From the NCBI GenBank assembly GCA_963823555.1, contig CAWGMA010000001.1, positions 608,001 to 672,000 on the forward strand: a stretch of DNA of 64,000 nt. Reading direction: 5' to 3'. The stretch is from Candidatus Eiseniibacteriota bacterium (GTDB taxonomy: Bacteria; Eisenbacteria; RBG-16-71-46; CAVPCR01). A model generated the notes under the pieces. That model was given only the letters and a program-made list of their open reading frames with translations, had not been told where the DNA came from and made no database searches. The translations under genes and the position numbers were made by a program. Below, piece after piece: positions 30,873 to 39,132 of the stretch (the stretch's first letter is position 1; every line of letters begins with the position of its first letter).

Positions 30873-31430
30873 TCAGTCGACACGGAGATCGCCCTCGCTC
30901 TCGAGGTCTCCCGCGAGGAAGTAGGCCCGATAGCTCCCCGGCGGCACGCCATCGAGCAGCCAGGGGACGTTCACTTCTCGATCCACTTCGGCAGCGTAGT
31001 TCTCGAGGAGGCGGGCCACGATGAGACCGCGGTCGTTGACGATCGCGAGGTTGACGCTCGGCCGACGCACGTCGAGACGGAACGTGATGACGATTTCTCT
31101 CGTCCCCGGGGGGGCCGGGTTCGGACAGGCGCTGATGGCGAGTCCGGCGGGGGGCGGTACGGCGGAGGCACCCCTTTCGGGTCCTTCTTCAGGAGAGGAC
31201 CTGCCGAGGGGACCCGCACACGGGGCCGGCCAGGCGTTTTCCCGGTCGTAGGAAAAGAAGGGACCTGGGTCGACGAGAGTCACGTCCTCATCGCATCCCG
31301 CGATCATGAGAAGCGTGCAGAGGGTCGCGGTGAGGAGGACCAGGGCCGGCCATCGGGGGGCGGAAACACGCGCCTGTCGATCCGCCAGAGGCGACTCGTC
31401 ACCACAGCGGTATCGCGTGGTCGATGTCAA
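30873..31430 (-). CDS. Lipoprotein with FlgD-Ig-like domain
   Basis: TTG start after GAGGAG; lipobox IAGC; CPNP...IVNDRGLIVARL...GSYRAYF. Confidence 0.6.
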   Translation of the reverse strand: MTSTTRYRCGDESPLADRQARVSAPRWPALVLLTATLCTLLMIAGCDEDVTLVDPGPFFSYDRENAWPAPCAGPLGRSSPEEGPERGASAVPPPAGLAISACPNPAPPGTREIVITFRLDVRRPSVNLAIVNDRGLIVARLLENYAAEVDREVNVPWLLDGVPPGSYRAYFLAGDLESEGDLRVD

Positions 31431-31531
31431 AGCGCACTCCTCGTGGGGGAAGGACGCTAGGTCGTCGGCGCGGGGAGCTGACCACGAGCGGTAGGCAAGC
31501 GGGAACGTGACCAAGATGCGCTCGTCTAGCC

Positions 31532-31685
31532 CAGCGAGAACGGCGTTTCCACAAAGAAAGTTCCCCGCCGAACATCGTTCTTTACGCCGGGGAGCACCCC
31601 TAACCTCGATGTCTTGCGACTCGTAACTTAGGTTGGGCGTCGGACGCGTAAATCTCAAATGCGGCAGGGAACTCCGCTTCGCTGA
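31532..31685 (-). ncRNA. Candidate structured RNA or leader (long irregular hairpin)
   Basis: Nested complementary segments; begins at the predicted TSS of the adjacent promoter. Confidence 0.4.
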
Positions 31686-31691
31686 TCTCTC

Positions 31692-31720
31692 AAGCTAGCA
31701 GAGCCCCCAGGGGGCGTCAA
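31692..31720 (-). promoter_or_regulatory. sigma70-type promoter
   Basis: TTGACG-17-TAGCTT on the minus strand. Confidence 0.6.
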
Positions 31721-31952
31721 ACGGAAATCTGCTGTCCACGTTGCGGCCGAACAGGGCCTGACTCATGAACTTAGGGGAGGTCATCGACTGCCGGGGACGA
31801 CCTTGCCGCCCGCGCCATCCGGTGGCTCTCGCCCCAGGCTCCCGCCTCCCATGAGGTGGAGGGAGCGCGGCCGGCGGGCCATCTTCCACGGTGTACAATC
31901 TTCGGGTTCTACGAGCCCGTTCGTATCACCTCGCCTCCGACGATAGGTCACC

Positions 31953-33362
31953 ATGGATCTCTTCGAAACCGAACCTGAGTTGCCGGGCGATGCCCGCCCA
32001 CCGCAACGACGTCGCTCCAAGCCTGGTGCGCCCAGTGGAGAGGCCACCTCCCGCCCCGGCCTTCGTGCGCCGCTCGCCGACCGGATGCGACCGCGGTCAT
32101 TCGATGAGATGGTCGGGCAGGAACACCTCGTCGCCCCCGGTCGTCCTTTGCGCCAGACCGTGGAGTCCGGGGTCGTGCCCTCGCTCATCTTGTGGGGCCC
32201 TCCAGGCAGCGGCAAGACCACGCTGGCGAACGTGATCGCCGCCACAGCCCATTTCCGCTACGTCTCCTATTCGGCGGTGATGTCGGGAGTGGCCGAGATT
32301 CGCGCGGTGGTTGCCTCAGCGCGTGATGCCGTGCGCGGCGGCGCAGGACCGGGAGCCCGAGGGACCTTGCTCTTCGTCGATGAGATCCACCGCTTCAACA
32401 AGGCGCAGCAGGATGCCTTCCTGCCCCACGTCGAGTCGGGGCTGATCACCCTCATCGGTGCCACGACCGAGAACCCCTCCTTCGAGGTCAACTCGGCCCT
32501 CCTGTCGCGGGTCCAGGTGGCCGTACTCGAGCGTCTGGGGGCTCCCAGCATCGAGGCCTTGCTCCAGCGTGCGCTAGCCGATCCTGAGCGGGGCCTCGGC
32601 GATCGAAACCTCGAGTTGGCCGACGGCGCTCTGGAGGCCATGGCCGCGCTCGCCGACGGCGATGCCCGGGCGGGTCTCAATCTGCTCGAGGCATGTGCCG
32701 CCGTGGCCGAGCGGCGAGGGCAACCACCCCGCATCGATGCCGCGCTGGCCGAGGAAGTGCTGGCGCGCAAGGTTCTCCGCCATGATCGCGCCGGGGATCT
32801 TCACTACGAACTGATCTCGGCACTCATCAAGAGCGTGCGCGGTTCGGACGCCGATGCTGGACTGTACTGGCTGGCCCGCCTGCTCGAAGCGGGCGAGGAC
32901 CCGCTGTTCGTCGCCCGGCGGCTCGTCATTTTGGCCGCCGAGGACATCGGCAATGCCGATCCGGCCGCTCTCACCATTGCTGTTTCGGCTTTCCATGGCG
33001 TGCACGCCATCGGAATGCCCGAGGCACGCCTTCTGCTCGCCCAGGCCACGACTTATCTGGCCACCGCACCCAAGTCGAATGCTTCCTATGTCGGGTATGA
33101 AGCGGCCCGCGCCGATGCCATCGATCACGGTGGTCTGCCGGTGCCGCTCCATCTGCGCAACGCACCGACCCCCCTCATGAAGGAGCTCGGTCATGGGCGC
33201 GGTTATCGCTACCCGCACGCTGAGCCGGACAGCGATCAGGCTTATCTGCCGGCCGAGCTCGAGGAGCGGCGCTACTACGAGCCGCGCGAATCGGGCTTCG
33301 AGGCCGAACTCCGGAATCGGGTCGAAGCGAGGCGGCGGTCGCGCCGCGGTCGCCGCCCATGA
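31953..33362 (+). CDS. rarA: Replication-associated recombination protein A
   Basis: PLADRMRP, GPPGSGKTT, DEIHRFNKAQQD, GATTENPSF, KSVRGSD, EDIGNADP. Confidence 0.95.
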   Translation: MDLFETEPELPGDARPPQRRRSKPGAPSGEATSRPGLRAPLADRMRPRSFDEMVGQEHLVAPGRPLRQTVESGVVPSLILWGPPGSGKTTLANVIAATAHFRYVSYSAVMSGVAEIRAVVASARDAVRGGAGPGARGTLLFVDEIHRFNKAQQDAFLPHVESGLITLIGATTENPSFEVNSALLSRVQVAVLERLGAPSIEALLQRALADPERGLGDRNLELADGALEAMAALADGDARAGLNLLEACAAVAERRGQPPRIDAALAEEVLARKVLRHDRAGDLHYELISALIKSVRGSDADAGLYWLARLLEAGEDPLFVARRLVILAAEDIGNADPAALTIAVSAFHGVHAIGMPEARLLLAQATTYLATAPKSNASYVGYEAARADAIDHGGLPVPLHLRNAPTPLMKELGHGRGYRYPHAEPDSDQAYLPAELEERRYYEPRESGFEAELRNRVEARRRSRRGRRP

Positions 33363-33369
33363 TGGGCGG

Positions 33370-35535
33370 CTATTGCGGTTGCTTGAACAGGTCCGGGGGC
33401 AGCTCGGGGTTGATCTCGATCGCGCGCAGTTGCGACTCGCTGGAGTACTCCCCATCCATGTAGGTAGCGCTGATGAACGGTACGAAGACTCCCTCTACGG
33501 GCCGGTAGTCCGTGAAGAGCTCCTCGATGTTCACCGTTCCGTTGTCGATGAGTCGTGATGTGACCCGCTTGACGACTTGACGTGACTGGGGGTGCAAGTA
33601 ATAGCGAGCCCAGTAGCCGTCGGGCGATGTGATCTGGAACCCATCCAGGGTGGTCCCGGCGACGGCCTGAGGATCGACGAGAAAGATGTTCGCACCGGGC
33701 TGGCCATAGCGATGAAAGGCGCGGAAACCGTCGAGCCACATGCGCCCGACGAGATCCTGGCGCCGCCACTCGGGCAAGTCCGTGTTCTTTCCCATCTGCT
33801 GGCGCCAGGCTCGAGTCCCGTTCAGTGTTTGCACCAGCCCCTCACCCTGTAGCGGCCCCACTCGGAGCTGCTCGCGCATTTGATCGGGAAACTTGACGGA
33901 GAGCCGACGCTCACCGGCAATGATCTGTCCTCCGGGCCGCACGAAGAGCGTTTCCACCTCGGCATAGCTCTCGACTCGTTCGATCGCCTCGAAGCCGCCC
34001 TTGGCTTCGATGGCGGCCACCAGGAGCTCCTCGCCTTGAGCCGTGGCGGCGGCGCTCGGCTGCTTGAGGAGCGGGTCGGGCTCCTTGGTCAGCAGGCGGC
34101 CGGTGATGACGGTGAAGACATCGGCATCGTGGCCCTCGATTCCCGCCGCGGCCAGGTCCGCGGCGAGGGCGCTGTTGCGGCCGTGGGCGATCCACACGCG
34201 CCGTTCCGCGGCGAGGAGTTCGCGCCAGTGCGCATTGACCTGTTGGCGATCAAGCGCCGCGAGCGCCGCGCCCGGGTCCTCGATCGCGGCCAGGGGCTGC
34301 CCGGCGAAGGTGAGCCCCGGGGCTTCGAACATGCGTGCCTCGGGCGTCTCGTAGCGCAGGGCCAGGGCGGCTGACCGCGCGCTCACGGTGCCGGTGAAGG
34401 CTTCCTCGGATAGACCCGAGGTCGCCAGATCATCCAGAGCGCCGTCGATCTCCTGAATCGTGCGGGCCACGAGGTCGTGAGGGATGGCGACCTCTATCGT
34501 GAGCTCGCTCCCGCGGGCGCTGGCGCGCAGCTGGGTGCGGTACCGATATCCCATGGGATGGGTTGCCGCCAGGGCAGCAATCAGGTCTTCGAATCGAGAG
34601 CTTCCGATCACCTGATGGAGGAGCTGGATCTCGAGGAAGTCAGGATCCTCGCGCCCCGGGCCGGTGAAACCGCAGAGGATGAGAGCCGAGAGCGCATCGG
34701 GATCGTCGATCACGGTCACACCGGGCCGGGCGGGCCGGTCGGCCGCATGGCCCCAGACCGGCGAACCCAGATCGCCTGCAGGCCAGCTGCCGAACTGGCG
34801 CTCGGCCGCCGCCTGGACCGCCTCCGGTTCGATGGCTCCAGCGACGGTGAGGATGGCGTTGGCCGGCCGGTAGTAGTCGCGATGGAACGCCTCCACATCG
34901 CCCGGCATGATGCTGAGGATCGTGGGAAATCGCGCCGAGAAACCCAGGGGCCGCCGGTCGCCATAGAGGAGGGCGCCCATGGCCTCTCGCGATACCAGGT
35001 CCGCAGAGCTGCGCGTTTGCAGGAGCTTGAGCAGCGCTTCCCGCTTGAGCGCGGGGGTGGCCAGGAACGGGTCATCCTCGGCGGGGATCGCCGCCCGCAA
35101 CACCGCGAGGAGCGGGTCGAGATCCTCGGGCAGGGCGCTGGTCGCGAAGACGGCATGGTCGGTGGTGACGTCCGTGCTCCAGTCGGGGGCCATGTAGGTC
35201 TTTCCCACCTCACCCCGGGTCAGGGCCTGGCGCACGCGCAGATGATCGAGAGTGGCGGCCAGGTCCGCGAGCCCTTCCTTGCCCCTCGGGTTGTGCACCC
35301 ACCCAGCAGCAATCCACAGGCCGGCGGTGATCTTGGACGCCGCCTCGTCCTTGAGCACGAGGATGCGAAGGCCGTTCTGGAGCTGATGCTGCACGATCGA
35401 TGGCCCGGCGGTGGTGGCGGTCTGACCGCGCGCGGCAGCCGGGATCAGGGCCGCGATGAGAACGAGAACGGCAAGGCCCCCAGAGATCGTCGCAGCGACG
35501 AGGCGCGGCGCGAAGCGGTGCTTGAACATCGGCAT
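33370..35535 (-). CDS. M16 peptidase-like non-catalytic subunit with extra C-terminal domain
   Basis: LQNGLRIL, FHRDYYRPANA; GLADLAA replaces HxxEH; extra ~220-aa domain. Confidence 0.75.
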   Translation of the reverse strand: MPMFKHRFAPRLVAATISGGLAVLVLIAALIPAAARGQTATTAGPSIVQHQLQNGLRILVLKDEAASKITAGLWIAAGWVHNPRGKEGLADLAATLDHLRVRQALTRGEVGKTYMAPDWSTDVTTDHAVFATSALPEDLDPLLAVLRAAIPAEDDPFLATPALKREALLKLLQTRSSADLVSREAMGALLYGDRRPLGFSARFPTILSIMPGDVEAFHRDYYRPANAILTVAGAIEPEAVQAAAERQFGSWPAGDLGSPVWGHAADRPARPGVTVIDDPDALSALILCGFTGPGREDPDFLEIQLLHQVIGSSRFEDLIAALAATHPMGYRYRTQLRASARGSELTIEVAIPHDLVARTIQEIDGALDDLATSGLSEEAFTGTVSARSAALALRYETPEARMFEAPGLTFAGQPLAAIEDPGAALAALDRQQVNAHWRELLAAERRVWIAHGRNSALAADLAAAGIEGHDADVFTVITGRLLTKEPDPLLKQPSAAATAQGEELLVAAIEAKGGFEAIERVESYAEVETLFVRPGGQIIAGERRLSVKFPDQMREQLRVGPLQGEGLVQTLNGTRAWRQQMGKNTDLPEWRRQDLVGRMWLDGFRAFHRYGQPGANIFLVDPQAVAGTTLDGFQITSPDGYWARYYLHPQSRQVVKRVTSRLIDNGTVNIEELFTDYRPVEGVFVPFISATYMDGEYSSESQLRAIEINPELPPDLFKQPQ

Positions 35536-35542
35536 CGGTTCC

Positions 35543-36880
35543 TCATTCGGGCTCGGCGCTCGTGCTCTCACCCGGAGCTGGGGCGAACACGAGGCTCACG
35601 GCGGCCTCTGGTTGCAGATAGGTGCGAGCAAAGCGAGTGCAGTCGTCCGATCCAAGGGCAACGAGATGTGCGCCAGGGACCGACTCGTCCCCGGGAGACT
35701 CGCTTTTCGCCATGTAGTCCTGCGCGGCGGCGGCGGCACGGGCGCTCACGGTCCCGGACAGGGTCGCATCCGCTAGCCGCAATTGTTCACGCGATGTAGC
35801 AATAAGCTGCTCATCGATGGCCTCCACCACGAGGGGAAGGGCGTTGATCAGTCGGTCGAGAGCCGTGTCGGGGTCGGCTCCGGGATCCAGGCGGGCAGCC
35901 ACGGTGAGCAGTCCGATGCTCTGATCGAGGGCGGCGCTCACCGCCACCGCCGGCGGTCCGCCATCCCGCACCGCTTCGCGGAGGATGGGGGCGGCGCCCT
36001 GATTGATCACGGCGTGGACGAGACGGGACAGCGTGGCGTCAGCTTCCCCGAGGCGGGGCACGCGGTATCCGGCGGCCACCGTGGGCGAACCGCGTCCCGG
36101 CACGAGGCTCCGGCGTTCCGCGGGCAGTGGAGGTAACGCCGGCAGTGGGGACCGCACCGCGCCTGTGGACGGTATCGGCCCGAAGTGATGCCGGGCCGCG
36201 GCCAGGATGGAATCCGCAACGACGCCGCCGGCGACCACCAGCATGGCCCGGTCGGGTCCGTAATGGCGCGAGTAGAAGGCGCGGCAGAGCTCGGGATCCG
36301 CGGGGTCCAGGTCGGTGGCCTTGGGCGCAAGAGCGAAGGGGTGATCGGGAAACGCGAGCGGGCGGAGCAGGTCCCCCAGGTCGCCGACAGTGAGCGGCTG
36401 CCGCCCCCGCGCCACCTGCTCCAGCCGGATGTCATCGAGTGCCTGGGCGACCGCAGCGCGATCGAGCTTCAAGCCGCGCATGCGGTCGGCTTCCAGGGCG
36501 ATGATGCGGTTGACATGGAGGAGCGAGATGTCGGTCTCGAATGCCGTCCAGTTCGACGTGGTCATGGACTGGCTCCGGCCTCCGAGCGCCGCCACGGCCT
36601 CGTCCCAGTCGGGCACGTCCTGCGTGCCGGAGAACATGAGATGCTCGAAGAGGTGAGCATAGCCGAACGTCCCAGGCTCTTCATCGCGCGATCCCGTGAG
36701 ATACCAGACCAGGACCGCCGCTACCTCCCGCCCAGGTTCAGGGAGGATGAGCACCTCGAGTCCGTTGTCGAGGCGCTCGCTCTCGAGAACCGGCACCGCC
36801 GCCGCGCCCTGCCGGCTAGAGAGCGTAGCCGTCATGACTGAAGCGGCGATGGCGAGCGCTATGAAGGCCGATCGTGACAT
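35543..36880 (-). CDS. M16 (pitrilysin/insulinase) zinc peptidase
   Basis: Signal peptide, LDNGLEV, GYAHLFEHLMFSGT (HxxEH), LEADRM. Confidence 0.88.
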   Translation of the reverse strand: MSRSAFIALAIAASVMTATLSSRQGAAAVPVLESERLDNGLEVLILPEPGREVAAVLVWYLTGSRDEEPGTFGYAHLFEHLMFSGTQDVPDWDEAVAALGGRSQSMTTSNWTAFETDISLLHVNRIIALEADRMRGLKLDRAAVAQALDDIRLEQVARGRQPLTVGDLGDLLRPLAFPDHPFALAPKATDLDPADPELCRAFYSRHYGPDRAMLVVAGGVVADSILAAARHHFGPIPSTGAVRSPLPALPPLPAERRSLVPGRGSPTVAAGYRVPRLGEADATLSRLVHAVINQGAAPILREAVRDGGPPAVAVSAALDQSIGLLTVAARLDPGADPDTALDRLINALPLVVEAIDEQLIATSREQLRLADATLSGTVSARAAAAAQDYMAKSESPGDESVPGAHLVALGSDDCTRFARTYLQPEAAVSLVFAPAPGESTSAEPE

Positions 36881-37032
36881 GTGGCTGTCTCGTGGGAGAC
36901 GGCGTGTGCAGCTTGATGGCGGTTTGCCCGCATGACAGTGACGAACGCGCGATGCTAGCAGGTCGTTGTGCCTGTCATCAACCGCTTTCCCCCCCCGCGC
37001 TCCCTCACGGCGTGGCTCCGGCACTTGCTGCC

Positions 37033-38859
37033 CTATCGGCTCAAGGTGAACTTGGTCGCGGTCGTCTCACCGGCGGCGACCAGGCGCACGAAGTAGATCC
37101 CGCGCGGGGCGAGACGTCCATCCGCAAGTCTCGCGTCCCAGCGCCAACGGTGAAGGCCGGCAGCGCGGGGTTCCCGGAGCAAACGCGCCACGCGACGACC
37201 CGTGGGATCGACCACATCGAGTTCGATGGCAGCGCTCCGGGGCAGGGCGAAGGACATGCGCACCGGATCCCCTGCGGTCGCCGGGGAGGGGGCGACAGTG
37301 ACCCTGAGAGCGGCGGGATCCACTCCCGGCGCCCCGTCACCGGTGTCGCCGTCGCTCGAACCGATCCCGATCACCGGGTCCTGCTCGCGGATGGCGTCGA
37401 CGTTGACATGACCATCCGTGGCGAGATCGGCGATCTCGATCTGGACGGCAGCCCCGGCCAGGCCATCCAGGTTCCAGGTGCGTTCGGTCAACTCGTCGCC
37501 ACCCGTGCCGGTCTCACGAAAGAGGAACTCCCCGTCGCTCAGCCGGCGCAAGGCCACGTAGAGGCTCTCTTCATCCGCTCCTCCACCCACCCAGAGCGTC
37601 ATGCGCTGCCCGGTCACAGGAAACACATGGGAGCGGATGATCCCAGTCATTGCTTCATCGGGCGGGCAGTCGTGGCATCCATCGGTGACCGGATCGCCAT
37701 ACCGCTCTGCGGTGTTGATCCAGAAATGGCCCTCGACGCCAGATGGGATTCCGGTGCGCGCCAGCGGCCGATCGCCGAATGTCGGCTGGTACATGAAGGC
37801 GGTGTCACCCGCGATCGGGATCCACTCCTGCCACAGACGGTTCGAAGCGCCGAGCCGTGGGCCGTTCCCGGTCGCGTAGAGAGTATCGATGAGAACGCTC
37901 CGGGTAAGAGTGCCATCAGGCTGGTAGAGGCCGCGCACGCGTGTCATCAGCGTCGCGCCGGGCACCGTCACGACCTCGGCAGCAAAGCCCTTGTCTTCGA
38001 AGACACTGGCTTGCGTCACATCCCATCCGGAGAGGAGGGAGCTCGAGCTCGCCAGCTGCACGCCGGTCACACCAGCCTCGGTGAACAGGAGGTAGTAGCG
38101 GTCATCCATCCCGAAGAGGAAAGGTGACTCGAGCACTCGCGGGCCGTCATTCATGACAAACGGCGCACCGGCATCCGTCCAGGTCATGCCGTCGGGCGAG
38201 AAGGCCAGCGCCAGGGCGCCCCGTTCACTACCCGCATAGGCCGGTTTCGCTGAAGCCGTGGCCAGGAGGAGCCATTGCGTGCCGAGGTCGAGGACAAAGG
38301 CATCGCGGCAGTTGGACCAGCGTCCCGGCGCCCATAACGCCCAGGTCGTGTCCGGGTGATAGGCCGCTGTCGCCACGCTCTCATCGGTCCACGTCATCAG
38401 ATCCGCGCTCGAGGCGATTCCGATCTGCTGCACCACGCTCGAGTCGATACCGGTGTAGTAGAGGCGGTAGCCGAGAGTTCCGACCTTCTCGACGTGAGGC
38501 GCCCAGAGATTTCGGTTCTTCCAGCTCGTTGGGTCGATGCCCAGGATGCGTGGCTCGAACGTCCAGTGCACGAGGTCGTGAGATGTGGCATGCCCGAAGT
38601 CGATCTCGTTCCCGGGTTGTCCCCAGCCTTCGCCCTCGTTGCCGACCGTGTAGTAGAGGTGATAGACGCCGTCGCGGAAGACGAGACTGTGATCCTTGAT
38701 GTAGGCGCCGGGCTCGAGGACAACGCGTTGCTCGAAATCGAAGTCGACGAGGGCATGAGCCGGAACCGCTAGCCCGAGGAGCATGGCCAGGGCGAGCGGG
38801 AGGATGGTCCCAACGGGTCCATGCACCAGGGCATGAGGCCGTCTGGCGCTGGCGGTCAT
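37033..38859 (-). CDS. Secreted beta-propeller glycoside hydrolase (GH32/GH43-like) with FlgD-Ig/T9SS-like C-terminus
   Basis: KDHS...YHLYY, HATSHDLVHW, WAPHV, CRDAFV, ESPF; C-terminal DPTGRRV...WD...GIYFVRL; start uncertain. Confidence 0.7.
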   Translation of the reverse strand: MTASARRPHALVHGPVGTILPLALAMLLGLAVPAHALVDFDFEQRVVLEPGAYIKDHSLVFRDGVYHLYYTVGNEGEGWGQPGNEIDFGHATSHDLVHWTFEPRILGIDPTSWKNRNLWAPHVEKVGTLGYRLYYTGIDSSVVQQIGIASSADLMTWTDESVATAAYHPDTTWALWAPGRWSNCRDAFVLDLGTQWLLLATASAKPAYAGSERGALALAFSPDGMTWTDAGAPFVMNDGPRVLESPFLFGMDDRYYLLFTEAGVTGVQLASSSSLLSGWDVTQASVFEDKGFAAEVVTVPGATLMTRVRGLYQPDGTLTRSVLIDTLYATGNGPRLGASNRLWQEWIPIAGDTAFMYQPTFGDRPLARTGIPSGVEGHFWINTAERYGDPVTDGCHDCPPDEAMTGIIRSHVFPVTGQRMTLWVGGGADEESLYVALRRLSDGEFLFRETGTGGDELTERTWNLDGLAGAAVQIEIADLATDGHVNVDAIREQDPVIGIGSSDGDTGDGAPGVDPAALRVTVAPSPATAGDPVRMSFALPRSAAIELDVVDPTGRRVARLLREPRAAGLHRWRWDARLADGRLAPRGIYFVRLVAAGETTATKFTLSR

Positions 38860-39003
38860 GAGGGAGGGCCGGGAGCGGCGCGGGGGTCCGGGATGCTTCA
38901 CGAGATGGATCGGGTCCAGTTGGGTGGGGGGGCGGCCCCGGAGGCGGGCACGATGTCAGCAGGGTAGCAGAACCGGCGGTCGGTGGCCAATGAGTCCTAT
39001 AAG

Positions 39004-39023
39004 ATATTACTATATAGCAATAT
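39004..39023. promoter_or_regulatory. AT-rich 20-bp near-perfect palindrome (candidate operator)
   Basis: ATATTACTATATAGCAATAT, one mismatched pair. Confidence 0.45.
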
Positions 39024-39093
39024 ATGACTTTCAAGGCCCTGGCTGGAGGCCCCCATCCCGGGTGACGATCACCCCTTCTCAGCTCAATTCGTC

Positions 39094-39126
39094 TTGACAG
39101 GCTACCCGCCTGTGTAGCAAACTGTC
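39094..39126 (+). promoter_or_regulatory. Promoter with overlapping inverted repeats upstream of pseudo-dnaE/lexA
   Basis: TTGACA at 39094; ACAGGC-N5-GCCTGT (39097-39113); GCTAC-N8-GTAGC (39101-39118); weak -10. Confidence 0.45.
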
Positions 39127-39132
39127 GTCGAG

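Noticed and set aside
31903..31919. CGGGTTC-TAC-GAGCCCG dyad upstream of rarA as an SOS box
   Set aside because: Does not match the dyads upstream of pseudo-dnaE/lexA; may be a simple hairpin.
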